Origin: Paraphysomonas bandaiensis
Taxonomy: Eukaryota > Protista > Chrysophyceae
Assembly (NCBI GenBank): GCA_965644295.1
Contig: CBFFRP010000615.1
Location: 14,268 to 78,267, forward strand
DNA: 64,000 nucleotides
Direction: 5' to 3'
The position numbers and the translations under genes were made by a program. Of this stretch, positions 39,318 through 54,240 are shown one piece after another (position 1 is the first letter of the stretch; each line of letters begins with the position of its first letter). The notes under the pieces were generated by a model. The model did not search any database, was not told the DNA's origin, and was given only the letters and a program-made list of their open reading frames with translations.

Positions 39318-42054
39318 ACAGCGATATCTCCCCTCGCTATGAGGAGAGATTGAGACTGATTGAGGTGGAAGTGTGTTTTAATGGGGGTGAGAGTAGTGAG
39401 GTTGAGGTTACGGCTACATTAGAGGCGGATCATGCCATATCTACCTCTATCTACTGTACATATATACATACATACATACATTAACACCACACTGCTATAT
39501 ACATACACACGTACACGTACACGGCCCTGCTGTGCATACACTCCTAACCCCATCATCCAGCAGTTCCATATATACTGCATACTACCACTGTATTTAGCCG
39601 TTTTTCAACACATCCAGCAGTCAAATATCCCCATTTTTTAGTCTTCAGAATCTGGATTTCGTTGGTTTTTTCCTGTTTTTTTTTGGTTATTGAGGCACTA
39701 TACGCGACTAAGAGTTCGAGTGTAGAAACTATCTACAGGGGTTTTAAACGAATTACTTTACAATGAAGAAATATGCTACATTGAGTCCTATATTAACAGA
39801 GTAGATAGTGTTTGTTAAGGAGATATATTTCATACGAAACTATACACTTTCTAGAGTATAAAAATCCTGCTGGGGTGGTATACCTACCGTATACCTACCG
39901 TATTACACACCTCAATACCGCTATACAAAACCGTTACATTGTCCTGGGTAACCGAACAGATAGCTGCCCGTGAACGGCTACATACACCAACACTCCACTT
40001 CAACACTTCTTTCAACGTCATGTCGTCAGAATAGCCAAAACTGTAATAAAATATCTGTAATTTTGGCCACGTTGTTTTCAGAAGTTTCGATATAAAATCC
40101 ACCTCATATAAAAATTACCTTTAAAATTTTCATTTCTGTCCACGTTGTTCACCACTTTTTGTCTAAGAAAAAGAGGGGAATGAATCAACGGGTTTCTCTA
40201 TATGGATTTTAGCTATAGAATTCCTCGTTAAGTTCCTATCCAACCCCTCGGGCTCTCTGCTCTTAACTAACTAACCAGTCAGTCCAAAGTACACCTGAAT
40301 ATATCAGTCAACACCGCATCATGTAGCACAAGACACTGTCCTGTCATTGACTGTATCTGATCATAGGCTCCTGTCATCGCTGCATATGGAATCAGAGGCA
40401 TCTAGTTATCTATCTGTGTTTGATGAGTCTCTAGGGGCCCAACTAACAGGCCCGTGTACCCTCATACACATGTGCATACTGCTCTTAGGCTGGGTGTTTC
40501 TTATGGATGTCTTCAGACTGGTGTATGTCGACAGAGCTCTGCTGCTGTTCCAGTCGATTGATATCCTCATATTCACATCGCGACATAAGAAACTCAACGC
40601 TGTCATTAAGATTTAAAGATTGATTGATACTAAACATGTGGTCAACAGAATGGAGTAGTATAGCTAATACTGTTGATAATGTATGGGCGTGTATTCTATT
40701 CGTATATAAATTGTCAATATGGATTAGATGTATAGGATTGTGTGATTGTTATTAGGGCGTGTTTTACGAATAATAACATAGATGTATTGGTAGCATGATT
40801 GCCTAGGGCTAATTATCATTAGCCGGCGGGCCATAGCTGACCAGTAAGGACATGTTGCTTATGTCTTAGACGATGTAAGTTAATGTAATTACAGAATATT
40901 ATTCTGCACATCTATCTTGTTCAATTAGATTGCTCTCCCCATGCGTAGTATACTTTCGTATATTCAGATCCTACAGTACGGTATGGAGGTACTTCTTATC
41001 AAAGAATAAGTATTGAAGCTGCTTTTTTATCTTTTACACCTTCTATGCAATGTTAGGCCGAGGCATTGTCTTGTACTACACACCAGCACTGTTATAATTG
41101 GAAGTTAACCTTTCTCAAGAAAAATAAATATCATTACTAATCTAAACACTTTACAACATATCCATGTAATATTTGGTGAAATGTATTCTCATTAACATTA
41201 GTTGGTCATACGCCCACCCGTCTATCCTATATCCATAAATATCTTATATAGGTATACATCAGCAACAGAATCTATTTCCTTTGTAACTCTATTTATTCTT
41301 GAGAATTAAGTGCTGGTTTTTCCTATTGCTGCACACTAATCTTTCACTATATATCATATCATGCAGAAGAACTCAGCAAGCTCTAATTTCATAATAATCT
41401 GACATGATTTTGCACCTGCTGCGAGATATATTTTTCAACGGATACAATCTTATGTTTGATAGGTGATAGGAAGGATGTAGTTGGGATATAGAATTGTGTA
41501 TTATCTATTGCAATAATAGCATTGTTGATCGGTTAGAAAAGTATTGCAATATTATTGATAGGAAGCCAGCTTACAAATCACACTATTATAGTATATAGTA
41601 TATAGTATCATATTCCCTCTGAGCCCTGACACATGGTTATATATGTCCAAGCTAATAGTTATTTTATTGCCATGTTGTGTTTTGGTACCACTATACAACA
41701 GCGTTTCCATCCTTCGTTTTTCACAATGCATGCCTTCCGGAATTTGATATTGTAATATAGTATAGGATGGTAATATGTACGAAATGGAAATTAGTGATCA
41801 AATTATGCATAAAACTCTTAAAATTGCATCGTTAGTATATTAAGAAGTATTGGTTCTACGTGATATCATTGAGGAAATGCTCGTCTACGTATTCCTACTA
41901 GCACATGTCGGACAAGCACTTGGCATGCAGTAAAACAAGCCGTACTCTGAACCGCTACTCGGACATTTTCAATCAAAGCTTCTTTCACAACTCTGCTCAC
42001 AAAAGATTTAGGATTCGTAAGGATAAACATTGTTTTCATGCAACTAATACAACA

Positions 42055-43839
42055 TCATATTGTTCTATAAAGTTTACATTGGCTTGTGCACGCTTTAGCA
42101 TATACAGTGGTATAATACGCACCATGCATAACAATCCCGGAGTTTTTTTTGTCAATGTCTTCAAACCATCTATCCACAGCCCCAATTTCACACTCAGCGG
42201 ACTTCAAGAGTTCTTCACCAGACATCAGATCTTCAATACTAGTTTCTGTTGTTGAATGGTCACCTAGCCACAGCGATGGATAGGAAGAAGACAGGGGAGG
42301 TACGTCCTCAACAAATCCAGAATCATCAACGGTCCCAGTATCTTGTTGATCTGACCTTATATATTTGCTTTTCTTAGATGACAAGTCTATTTGTTGAGAA
42401 GTGGCTTCGCTTTTCCGTTTGTTTTTATCGCTTTTAGAGTCTGTATTTACAGTGGGGTCATTATAAGTTATTACCACGGCTATATCTAATGACGTACCTG
42501 GTGCATGACATGGTAGAAACTGGACGCGATATTCAGCATCACTATCACACTCTTCACTGTCCACGTATTCACTATCACTAGGGCTGTCCCTTGGACATTT
42601 CCTTGAAGCTCGAGGTTGAGCTTGAGGCGGTTTGGCGACGGTTGTAGGAGACGGCCTCTGACTAGTCAGCCGTTTAACAGCCTCTATACTCTTTAATCCA
42701 CCAACAACACACTCAGGATGTTGCTGGTAGTGACGTTCTACGTTGAGGAGTCATGATGTTACCAACTAAGAACGCTGTATAATATACCTAATATTGTGTA
42801 GTCTAGAGGTGTTTTCGGCGCCTTCTTTCCACTAATAATGGGATAGAGATGCCTTTTACGCATGTTTGTCATCCAATTTCCCACCTAGAAAGAAGTTAGA
42901 CAAGAGAGATATACAGCAGGTGAATAGGAGTGTAAATAGATATACCTGTTGGGGAGAGAGATGCAGCTGTGTCGCCAGTCTATGCTTCTCTTCTTGAGAT
43001 GGAAACGGGTTGTCTGAGCACCCATATCAACACACAAATGAATGCATAAGTGTTCGCTGCTTGTCGCATATCACAGTTAATACGTTTACCCACCTTGATG
43101 GTCCACTAACCACCTCGTTAAAAAGTCAGTGGCGCTTCTATTTAGCCTTTTATTAGACCTTCCTTCCTCCCTACCATCATCAGGGGCCCGAGAATACCCA
43201 GTCACACTTTCTTCACCACCTGACCACGAATCACTGCATAATATACGACATAAACGTGAACGCTTTGTGAAAGATAAAGATAATAGCAATATCAGTATAC
43301 CTATTTGTGTCACCCTCGCGGTAGAGCATGGAATGTGACCCATCATCACCACGGAGGGATGCAAACAAAGCCTCATCATCGCTGTCAACAGTAGCTACTG
43401 TTGTATTTGCAGTAGTAGAATGATCAGTCAAAAGCGGGCGCATATCTCTAGGCTGGGGACTCTGCAAAATATGAATTATTCCTATCGGAAACCCCATTGT
43501 ATATTTTTCATAGCTACTATCGACCTGGTATTGCGCAATTACTGTCTTTTGAATATCTAAGAGCGTCTCTCGAATAAAATCACAATCGTTATTCGCAGTG
43601 CTTCTCTCTCTGTGGCATCGTATAATTGCCTTTTCTAACTCGTCCAGTCGAGCTGCACCATTCAAAATACTCTCCTGGTCAGATGGACTGCTGGCTAGAG
43701 CTATCAATGTACTGGTATACTTCATAATAGACCTAACTACTTCAAGATAGCAGGAGCTAGCTGATTCTGACTCTCTGGAAGATGTTTGAGGTACATCACT
43801 GTTCGACTGATGCGATTGAGAGATTGTCAGTGACTCCAT
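42055..43839 (-). CDS. TALE-class homeobox (Homeobox_KN) transcription factor, 4 exons
   Basis: Spliced homeodomain RLNRSATDFLTRWLVDHQ|DNPFPSQEEKHRLATQLHLSPQQ|VGNWMTNMRKRHL. The last exon is in frame with ORF 42055-42564. Confidence 0.88.
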
Positions 43840-44579
43840 ATTGACTCGATGAAACTTGACACAAATCAAGCGTTTCAGTGGTATATTTTCGTCATCAATG
43901 CAGTTGCTTATGACCTGAATGCAATAGAGGTGGAGTCAAATTGACTGAAGGCTACACGGTGCACGTGTAACGTCACTGGAGTGACACCGACCCGTGCAGA
44001 TAATGTTGCATCCATGTGTAGCCTGCAGCCGTTAAAGGTTCGATATAAGGGTGTGAGTAGTATCATTTACTATAATGGAGATGATTTACAGGTGTGTGGG
44101 TGCTTGTTTACGCATGGGTTCAATGGATATGCAGTGGTATCATTGAGTTGGCTCCGTCTCTCATGCACGAAGATCGCCCTGTGTGTCTATGCATGCATAC
44201 ATACAGCAGTGTATTCAACTGCCAGGCCCTACACTGTACTACACCACTGTACGACACCTGTACACAGCAGCACTTTATCCGTTACGGATAGCTGCCCGTT
44301 AGTCAGAACTATATACAAAATAAACGGTCCGTTTCTCTCTACCGTTACACAGGCAAGATAAGTACTGTATGTATATGTATGTGTATGTGTATGTATGTAT
44401 ATGCATGTAGGTGTACATAGCCTGCGTATACAGACATATACAGACACACGCAGATATGTCTGTATGTATGTATGTATGTATGTATGCATGGGACTCTGCT
44501 ATGAGATGAGTGTATATATATAGCCATCTAGAGCCACTGTATCGAATATCTCCCTATCTGTGATATACTATCGGGAGAT

Positions 44580-47500
44580 ATGTCCGGTCGTCCATGTATC
44601 GGCCTCCTGGAGCCTCATCTTCATATGGTGTTCGCTCAAGAGAGGGTCCCGGGAGAGGACTTCGTCTACACGCCCTCCACAGAGATGTTCAACACACTCG
44701 AAGACTTCTGTGATGATCAGACGATACAAGAACCTCGACCCCCTCTATTGATACTGGGAGAATCAGGCTCAGGGAAGTCCGCTTTGCTCGCTAATTGGCT
44801 GCAGAGGAGGCAGAGGAACATGACGCGCAGTCGAGCTGCTGATGATTTCGTGTTTTGGCATGCAGTGGGCTGCACTCGACAGTCAATGGATGTTAATAAT
44901 CTCATGAGACGTTTAATGATTGATTTAAAGAATCGCTTTGAGTTGTCTCGTGATGTGCCGTTGGCTCAGTCGAGGTTGTCATGGGATCTTCCCCGGTTCC
45001 TTGAATTGGCTAGTAAGAAGGGTAAAGCCATTATTGTTATAGATGGGTTACACAGATTAGAGTCAAATGAGGGCGAGACAAACTTGTCTTGGTTGCCGTT
45101 AGAATTTCCCCCTAATGTGCGGATAATTCTATCAGCTACAAGCGCAACGAATTCGGATGCAACCAGTAAGCGTAGCCATGTCATTGCTGAGCTGGAGAGG
45201 TACGGTGTTCTTGTTCGTGCTTGTAGAATGTTAGATGGATAGTATGTATATGCTTGGTGTCAACTGGTAGTGATTGTCACTATATTTTGATGTAACACTT
45301 CTATATGATTCGCAGGCGTAATTTACAGATAGTGCATCTCCGCCCACTGGATGGGTCTATGTGCAGAAATGTCGTCGACTCTTTTATAAAGAAAACAGTG
45401 CAGGCAGAGTCTTCATCAGTCGCCGGAGGAACTTTTCTCACCGATAAATCTGCAGCTGTCACAGGTTCGTGTAGCGTTGTATATCTCAGTTTTTCATTTA
45501 CACTATATGATGTAGATCACTCCAATGACATTCCTGGTTTTCTATTGTTTGATACCCAAGTGCAAGACATTGCCACCCACGGTCTTGCTAACAACCCACT
45601 CTTTTTGAGAGTGCTGTTGAGGTAATACGTTTATCGATGTAACTGTATCTCGCTAACGCGAATTAGGTGTTTGCACTGGGCCGTGTCCAGAGGTTTTTCA
45701 TTGTGGCATATTATGGATTCCTGGCTGTACAGTGTGGACTCTATTGAAAACCTGTATCACGCCATATTGACTTCTCTTGAGCAAGGATTTGCTGCTACTC
45801 CAGAGGTAATAGAAACTGCTCGGGCGAATTCTGTGCAGGCTGGATCATTAGCCGCTCTGAAGGCCCTGTATCCCTGGCACCCCAGTTTCCAGAAGCTGGA
45901 CGAACAGAGCAACACCGAAATGATGGCAATAGACTTTCAGTTTGATAACTCAGATGGCATTAGAACTGGGGGGGGGCAAAAGGGTGGGAGTGGGGTAAAT
46001 GTGGGTGGAGGAATGGGAATGCAAACGACTGGAGGTATTTTTCATCATACGCTAAACATACATATGTATTGGTGTAGTGACTTGTTGTGGAAACTGTGTA
46101 TACTATATTGTACGTTAGGGTCATACCTACGTTGTATTCACTTCTACTTGTAGGTCAGCAGTGGTTATTAGCGTCTCAGCAGGCGGAGAGCAAATTAGAA
46201 GCTGCCAGGGTGGATACCCAGAGAAGCATGGATGCCATGGTGAAAAGAGCAAAGCGGCTAGCATCAGAGGAAGGCCTTAAGTATGTTGATGCATTTCTGA
46301 GAATTCAACAGGTGCGAAATATGACATGAATTATGAGGATAAGAAGCTATTGGTTGATGTTGTAATTTGATGTTTTCTCTGGCAGGAAGTATTGGAGGCT
46401 CAGCAAGAAGATGACGATGATTCTGTATCTCTTGCCCAAGATGATGTTGAGGGAGAAATGGATGAGAGTATAGCGAGTGACACCATGACAAAAGACGATG
46501 ATATTGACAGTACTCAAGATGTTCCCTTGTCTGAGGAGCAGTCAGTAGTGGAAGAAACGAAAAGCTTATTTATTACCGAAACTGAAGAAGAACCTCCTAG
46601 TGAGTTTGAAGTAATGGTAAAGGATTTGGCATCGAGGGCCGTCACTTCAGCTACGAGAAAGATGGAGACGAAACTGGGGGGAGGGTTTTGTGAGGGCCGG
46701 GAACGAGCGTCCACCACAATAAGGAAAGGAGGAAGCGCAGTGGCTGAACTGGCTGGAATAGCGCAGAAGAAAGGGAATGCTGGGAGATTTTCCTCTGTTG
46801 CTGTGGTCAGTGCTTGTCACTATATCTGTGTTGTATGTCTTTTATCTGAGTGTTTATTATGTCATTCCCTTATCTACTCTATGATAATATATGCCTTAGC
46901 CAAGTGGCCGGGCCACTATTGCACCTCTTGGCAAGCAGTCATCTCTCCAGATTGTACCGATTCAACCTAGTACCTCTATACCCGAGTTTGACCCATCCTC
47001 CGACAGTAACCCCGCAGACAGAAGTGGCAGAGATGGGCCAAGTGCTGAAGGATCTCCAGTGCCTGTCCAGGGCAAGCAAAAGGAGAGGCAAGTACTGACG
47101 GTTGAAAACTTAGAAGAGCGGTCACAGGCTAGTAACAAAAGTGACACAAATCCTGTTATTGGCCTTGACTATCTACCTTTGTACCTTACTGGTGGGGTAA
47201 ACACTGCGGGCTTCATGAACATATTGGGTCATGCTTTGGCACTGCTATACGTTGCGAGACACGGATTGAATGAATCTGAGCTCTTTTCTATGCTGGCTAG
47301 TATTCCAAAAGTCAACGATGCTGCAGAGAGTACTTCTCGCGGCCGTCCTCCAATCACAGATGAAATGAAGGCTTTGATTAGTGTATGCTACCACTACAGA
47401 GAAAAATTTCGTGACTGCTGGCAGTCTAATGATACGCTTCATACGAATAGGCTGAGCCCGAAGAAGCTTCTCGTGGGTATGCAACGAGTAAACCCTGAAT

Positions 47501-50500
47501 TTAGTGCGCACGATTTAGATCTCCTTCTAACAATTTTAGACTGCAAACCTGAGCAGAAGAGCTCCTCTGTGAGTTCTGTTGGCAACAGTAAGACTGTGGA
47601 CTACACAGTACTGTTGGAGAGAATATCAAGGGCAGAGAGAGTGACGAAAATGCAGGAGATCAGGAAAAAGAACGCAAAACTTACATCTGGTGAGTCACTT
47701 TTCTTGTTGATATCATATCCAGTAGTTATAAGTGGTGTACAGTTGATGAGGGTTCGGTTAATGACTTGGATGACCCTCTGTTTGCGTCTGTTCCACTTGG
47801 AGAGGAAATTGATGGGTTTTACTTCGATGAAACGTCGGCTACAGAGACTCAGGGGAGTTTAGGACCGGTTATGGAAGAGGGTCTCTTGTCTGCATTGTGC
47901 GCCTTAGGAGTGCTCCATTCGCCAAAAGACCAGGTAGGTCGTCCACTCAATTTTCTTAGGGCCTTTGTGTTGATTTAGATTTTGTCAGGTTATCGTCTTG
48001 CCATGTGAGAACGAACAGTTACGGAATGTTATACTGGAGCGGTGAGTTGTGAGCAGTATACTGTTGATTCGCTGGTGGCTATAGTTATTTATATGGTGCT
48101 AATGCCTTCTTTGCAGATACATTCTTGCAAAAGGAGGAACACTCGAAGAATGGCATTTACGTCTAATTAGATTTTTCCAGCGCAAGACGAATAGTCTAAG
48201 GAGGTGTGAAGAGCTTCCGTGGCACTTAAAGATATGTCGGAAGTGGTTTAGTCTCAGGAGTGTGGTGGCTGATCTGAGGACCTTCAATATCATGTCCCAG
48301 GTGTGTAGCTAGAAAACTATGGGGAATCTGTATGCAGTGGCGCTAGCTTTTCTTCTTTCCCTCCCAGACGCTTAATTTTTGTACTACAGGGAGAACTTAG
48401 GGACGAGCTTCTGGGTTACTGGTTCACGCTCACACATGCTCCTCTCTATGTGACAGATAAGGCTGAACAAGAGGCAAACAACGCGAATCGCATGCAGATA
48501 TCTGAATCCCAGCGAATCTTGTCAGAAATTGACTCCGCTTCCGCACTACATTTAAATGAAAAGGACATTAAGAAGCAGGTATTTATCAGGATTCGTGATG
48601 ACTGACCATGGTGCCACGTTTGTATTATACTGTAGTTCGAATGAGTTAGTGTGTATATCATATCATTTTGCTGCTTTTTTTACGGTGCGCGCTTTCAGCT
48701 TCTCAAAGATTGTGTTGCCAACTTTGACATAATTGAAGAACTGGATAAGACAGTTGAGTTATGGATAACAAAGAACCACCCTAGCAGCGCCAAAATATCG
48801 CAGACGCTTTTGCACATTGCTCGCTTCTTGGCTGAATTTTGTAGGCACTATGAAGTGTCACCACCACCGTTTCTGCGTCTCGGAATGGAAAAACGCTTCT
48901 TTTCTATGTTCAATATCGATCTAGAAGGTGTGTATCATTCATCAAAGAAGGGATCAAAAACTGGGGTACAGGTCACACCTGCCATTGGAGTACCGTCACC
49001 AGGTGTGCAGCATAATTTTGCTCTGGGTGTATAACTTCGTGCGTGTAGGGGGACTGGACACCAATGGAGATGATGGTAATGACTCATCCAGTGAGCAGTC
49101 TGCATCAGAGACAGTGAAACCAACGCCAATAGGAAACAATGTCCTTGCTCTCCCTAAACAAGAGATGCATCTGTACCAATATTATCGGTGGATGTGGATC
49201 CAGTTTCCCTGGCTAGGAATGCCGTCTTGTAGCAAAAACCTTGTTAATATGCTGGATTCTGGTAGCGCCCCTGCGAATCCCCCACCTGCTGATGATAGCA
49301 CGATAGACAAGGCCAACAGCACATCAAGGTCCCGGGTGGGTACAAGTGCTAATGTGGGCATTCCTGGACAGCCAGGAAGTGTGGGGGAGAAACCACCCCC
49401 ACTTCAGGATAATAGTGTATCAACTTCTCCCAGCAGAGAGGCTGATCCAGACGAGGCAAGACGACGCGAAGTGGCTGCGAGGTCGTGGCATGCAAAGAAA
49501 CAGGATCCCTCTCTTGGACGCGTGGTGAGCACATCAGCAAGTCGAACTGCGGCTCTCATAAAATCAAGGTACTGCTCACTTTGTGTCATTGATTATGGAA
49601 CGTGATTTTGTATGTGGCAGCATGACCCCTTGCTCTAGTCTGGATGCCATAGAGAATTTTGGCAGGCACACTCTCGAGATGTCTCGTTCACTCTCCCAGG
49701 CCAATGATGGACCAGGGAAACATCAAGCAATTGACAAATACCGATACCCACTGGGAGTACACTTGCGGGGGGTGTCAAACATTCCTCACTCGAACCCATC
49801 AGTGAAGAGCCTCCGGAAAAAGACTCTATTTCCTTCCGTAGAGAGCATTTACCGAGAGAAGCACGACAAAGACCATGCTTCAAAGGATCCCCACTCAGTA
49901 CAAAGTGCGAAGAGGTTTGGCGGTCAGGTAGACGACGAGGACAAGACAGTATCGTTTCAGGATGAACTGAATCGTATTCACGTTGACGAAAAGTTAAAAG
50001 CTTTAAATGCAAAGGGTGGGTGTACTCTTAGTATATCTAAATGGTGGCGAATGTGTCGTGTGTAGTATTAGAAGTTGTCTTCCTTTGGAAATTGCATGAA
50101 AATTGGTATTTGATGAGTTCCTATGTAGGTGGAAGCTGTATCCCAAGCTCTTCTGTGGAGGGCGTACTTGCGGAATTAGAGATCGAGAAGGTTGGTCGCC
50201 TACGGAAAGCATACGACAAAGTCAGGTGGGCGGAGAGTATAAGTTCTTGAACCTGTCTTATCGAATTCTTCTATGGCAGGGAGTTGAGGCGACAAAAGCA
50301 GTTGCAGCTTGATGAGATGAAGTCAGCCACGTCTGTCAGGGATGATATCGACGGTGAAGTTCTTGCAGCTATTGAAACGGCGGATTTTACAATGAACAGC
50401 TTGGAAGATAGATTTGTAGCCCTACAGGTATATATATACTGGCTAGTTGAGAAGTATTGCATTTTGTACATATCAATTCAGTGCATAGTGACTTGAGTAT

Positions 50501-53253
50501 TGCTCTTGAAGTAAATTGCGTATACTATTGTATGTCGTACATCAGTACAGCAACATGGCACGACACAATGTATACTAGAGAAGCCAATGATGAAGCACAT
50601 ACACAACGGTTATGTGTGGCTTGTACTACTCGCTTGAAGTCTTGAATTCTTACTCTTTGTCACTCTCAGTCGGCATTGACGGAAGCAAAGCAGCTGAACA
50701 AGGGCTACAATAAATTGATATCATTTCTACAAGTGAACCAGCCCTCCACCGAAACCCACATGCAATCACTGGAACAAGAGGTTCGACTTGCCAAACAACA
50801 GTACGAGGATCTTAAGGCTTACAGAGCTCAACTCTATGACGAGACAGATCGCATTGAAAAGGTTTCGATTAAATCCCTCAAAGACAAGCTACAAAATCTC
50901 AAGGCACAGCGCAGTAAAGTCCAGAAGAGGGCGAAGGAGCAACGCGAAGAGCTCAAACGGCTTCAAAATCTGTTGTTGGACCACGAGGAAGCTGTGGAGG
51001 AAGCTAACAATACTGCTCGAATGAAAGCTCAGGCTCTTGTGGGAGTGCTGAATAGTGCCTCAAACAAGCCAAGTGTACAGTTTAGTGTACCCAAGGATTC
51101 TGATAGTAGACGTGCGCAAGACCTGGTGGAGAAAAATTATAGCAATGAGTCGAAATCTCTCACGATTGCATCGATGGTGTCGCGGTCAGAGCGAAAACCC
51201 CCACTGGTTTTGATGTCGCCATCTGCTGCTAATCCTAGTAACCTTGGCCCTACTGCTGAAAAGCCAATTGAGGTACATTTGTCCGCTGCAATCTATCAGA
51301 ACAAGAACGTGTGTTGTTATATACATTTCTGGTTGTGTTGGTTTTGTCTCGATGTATTCATTCGTTTGTGTGTTGCAGTTAATTGAGACCATGCCGATTC
51401 CTAAAAAAGCAGTGAAGCAGCAAGAGATGGTGACTATCACCACTGGTCCAGATCCCGAAAGATCATCGTCCCCTGTTAATGATGTAAGTCTACAAACTCT
51501 GTCACATGCGTTGCGCGCTATGTTGTCTATGGCGCTCGACTTTATTAGTCCGCTCTGCGTCATTTATACTTGTTGTGTTTAGACCAAGACTGCGCTGGAG
51601 AAACTTTACAAGCATTCCGGTACGAACAATGCAGATGACTTTATCGAAGCTTTTAAGAACTCTCAACGACTCCACGAGAGCATGAAGAGTCACCAAAGTC
51701 TTGCGGAAAGTCGCCTATCTCAGCTTAGGGGGGAATATAACGAACTGTACTCTTCCTTGGGTGATACCATATTTGTTTCATCTATGGATGAAAAAGCAGA
51801 AAAAACTTCCTCTTCAAATTCTGAGCGGGAAATGAGATATCTGGACCAGAGGTATGTTTTGATTTGGAATGACAGCAATGTGTAATTGTGCATTGTATAG
51901 GCTATTTAAAGCTGAGATGAGACTTAATCACAACATGAGGCAAACTGAAAAATCAGGTAGAATAATACGGCTTGTTTTCGTTATATAGAAGTAAGCATAT
52001 CTGCAGTTTTGGCCATCAACGAGATTCGCACGGGTGTTGTCCATATTGCATCTCTGTTATCAGCCAACGAGAACCTTCTACAGAACCTTCCATCAAGTAG
52101 CCCTCCTGTACTTAAATCAGATGCGGGTATCGCGAAGATATTGGCGTGGTGCGAGGAAAGGGTCCTTGCGATCAATGAAGCCTTGGTGTTAGATGCCTCC
52201 AAGCCAGCGGGTATCGACGACTCGAAACCGCTCTACTCTCGGCAGACAGAGTTGGCGTCCCTAATACAGGTAACATAAGCGCGTGTCATCTGGCCTATTT
52301 ACCTCTTACATGTCCACGCAGGCCATGCTGCACAAGGGTGGCCCGTCATCAGCCAAATATAAGAGGCGCATGAAGCTAGCTAAGAAAGGAAATATCAGTA
52401 AAGAGCTTCTGACCTCAATTGAAGGTTTGTGGTGTATGCCTCCTTTGACTGTGCTCACTCTAGGGCTCGTACAGGAATGAGTAATCAGGACTTTAGTCAG
52501 GGTGCTGCTGTTCGAGTGGCTTCAGAAGCAGACACAGAGAAGTTGTATGCTGAAAAGGTGGATGAAGCGCTGCGGATGTTGAACGCCACGGCCGAACAAC
52601 AGGAAGCTGCAGAGAACAGTGTCAAGATAGAAGACCCTACAGAGGCTACTTTAAGGCTGGTCACAGATGCTGTGCAATCACAAGAGGTGAGAAAGTAGCA
52701 GTGACTCTGTTAAATGCAACTATTTTTATTCTGTTCTGCGCTCTTATAAATTATAAAGACTGGAGTGTCCCACTGTACTAGCACTAGTTTATGTTTTGAC
52801 GTCATGTGTGCAGTCGTCAACAGCACTGAGGAGGGCGAATAAACTGGCCAACCGCAAACAAGGGCGTCGGGCTGGTTTTGGATGGACCATCGAGGAGCTC
52901 CTTCGAGCCAACGTTGAAGAGGAAACTGGCGCCACTCATGGACCTTCAGAGAGACGACAACAGAAGAAAAAGAAATATAACTCGCAGGTATGGAATTATT
53001 CACTGCGTTGCATTGTCGCCTCTGCCAGACCTTTCAAGGCACTGCGCACTGCATGCATTTGCTGACTTACTGCGGTTCTAACAGTTAACGGCAGACATTA
53101 TCTCGAAGTGAGATGAAGCAATTATCGAACAGCAGGACACGAGCACATCACCAAGAAACCGAGAAGAAAGGAGGTGCACCGACTAGCGCGGGTGGAGGTA
53201 TGCTTACAGATAGACAAGGAGCTGATGATACCCAGCCTCCCTTGAAGGAGTGA
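44580..53253 (+). CDS. Large multi-exon NACHT/STAND-like P-loop NTPase (nephrocystin-3/NWD-like) with long C-terminal coiled coil
   Basis: Walker A PLLILGESGSGKSALLANW, FVFWHAVG, Walker B IIVIDGLHRL, LSWLP..FPPNVRIILS, NPLFLRVLL, RHGLNESEL, RRCEELPWHL. Coiled-coil exons lie at 50130-52270. Exons run on the same strand to TGA at 53253; some boundaries are uncertain. Confidence 0.8.
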
Positions 53254-53763
53254 CTCCCTTTTGGTACCCTAAACCTTGTAAAATGGTGACTGGTGGATGT
53301 ATATGACGGGCTATATGGCGATAGGGTCTAGTTTGTGAAACGTGAAAATATTGATGTGCAGGAGTGCGGTGATTCGAAGCATATTATAAGTATATGAAAC
53401 ATATAAATGTATGTCATTAATTCAACGATGGAATGAGTGAACAATTCTTGTGAATGTGGTAGGTTTCGTGCACGTTGCTATACTCTTTACTATACGATGC
53501 ACTCTGTACTGTACGAAGACTACACGGTTACTTGGTCGCATGCGTAATCTCGCTTATAATAAAAAGAGAATATTAAGATTTACTGTAATTTACATATACA
53601 TCTTATATATTATACAACAAGGCACAATGAAATAGCAAATGTCTATATTATTATCACACTATAGTCCTATGATTGATTCTAATGCTCCTCCAATTGTGTC
53701 ATACTATTCCACCATTAGGTCATACCCTATGTGAAGAGATAGTAACTCCCGCTAAATATCATA

Positions 53764-54240
53764 CATTGAAAGTCTTATTATTAGCAATAGGCGTTAAAAA
53801 CCTGCACCAACTTAGTAGCTAGACAAACTAGTTAGACCTCTACCTGTAACTAATCAGTACACACTTTTTTTATCCTACTATTTAACGCTACGGAAGCTGC
53901 TTGTACGTCCACTTCCGCTCTGAGCTCTTAAGGTGAACATCTCGGGTGCTTGACTTCAGCAGGCAGCCCAATACCCCGGTTACCCTTCAGGTGGGCCCTG
54001 TCCCGGATGCCCTTGAAGTGGGCCCATTCCCCGCTGCCTGTTTATTCGTCAGGGCCCAAAGACGTCTACACTAGTGACACTTATTGGCGTCCCTTGTACC
54101 ACACAAGCATTCGGCTATGAGTGGGCAGAAGAATATCTGCTGACTATGTTTGCGGCTCACGTTAGTTTCCCAGAGAGAATCTCTCCGGTACTTATCCCCC
54201 AGAACACCACGAAAAGATGCGAGTCCGACTTTGTTGAGGG
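53764..54240 (-). mobile_element. SINE-like retroposon family A, reference copy with perfect 13-bp TSD
   Basis: GCTAAATATCATA at 53751-53763 and 54241-54253. No TIRs. The element-sense 3' end is TATTGCTAATAATAAGACTTTCAATG. Homologous to at least 6 other loci in the window. Confidence 0.82.

Noticed and set aside
51958-51989. Unusually short 32-nt intron in the NACHT gene
   Set aside because: An in-frame CTGCAG acceptor 18 nt downstream gives a ~50-nt intron typical of this genome.
53764-54240. Family A as a Helitron (ATCCTACTA start) or tRNA-derived SINE
   Set aside because: Homology extends ~100 bp beyond the TC motif and a 13-bp TSD is present, which Helitrons do not make. No Pol III A/B boxes or cloverleaf were found.
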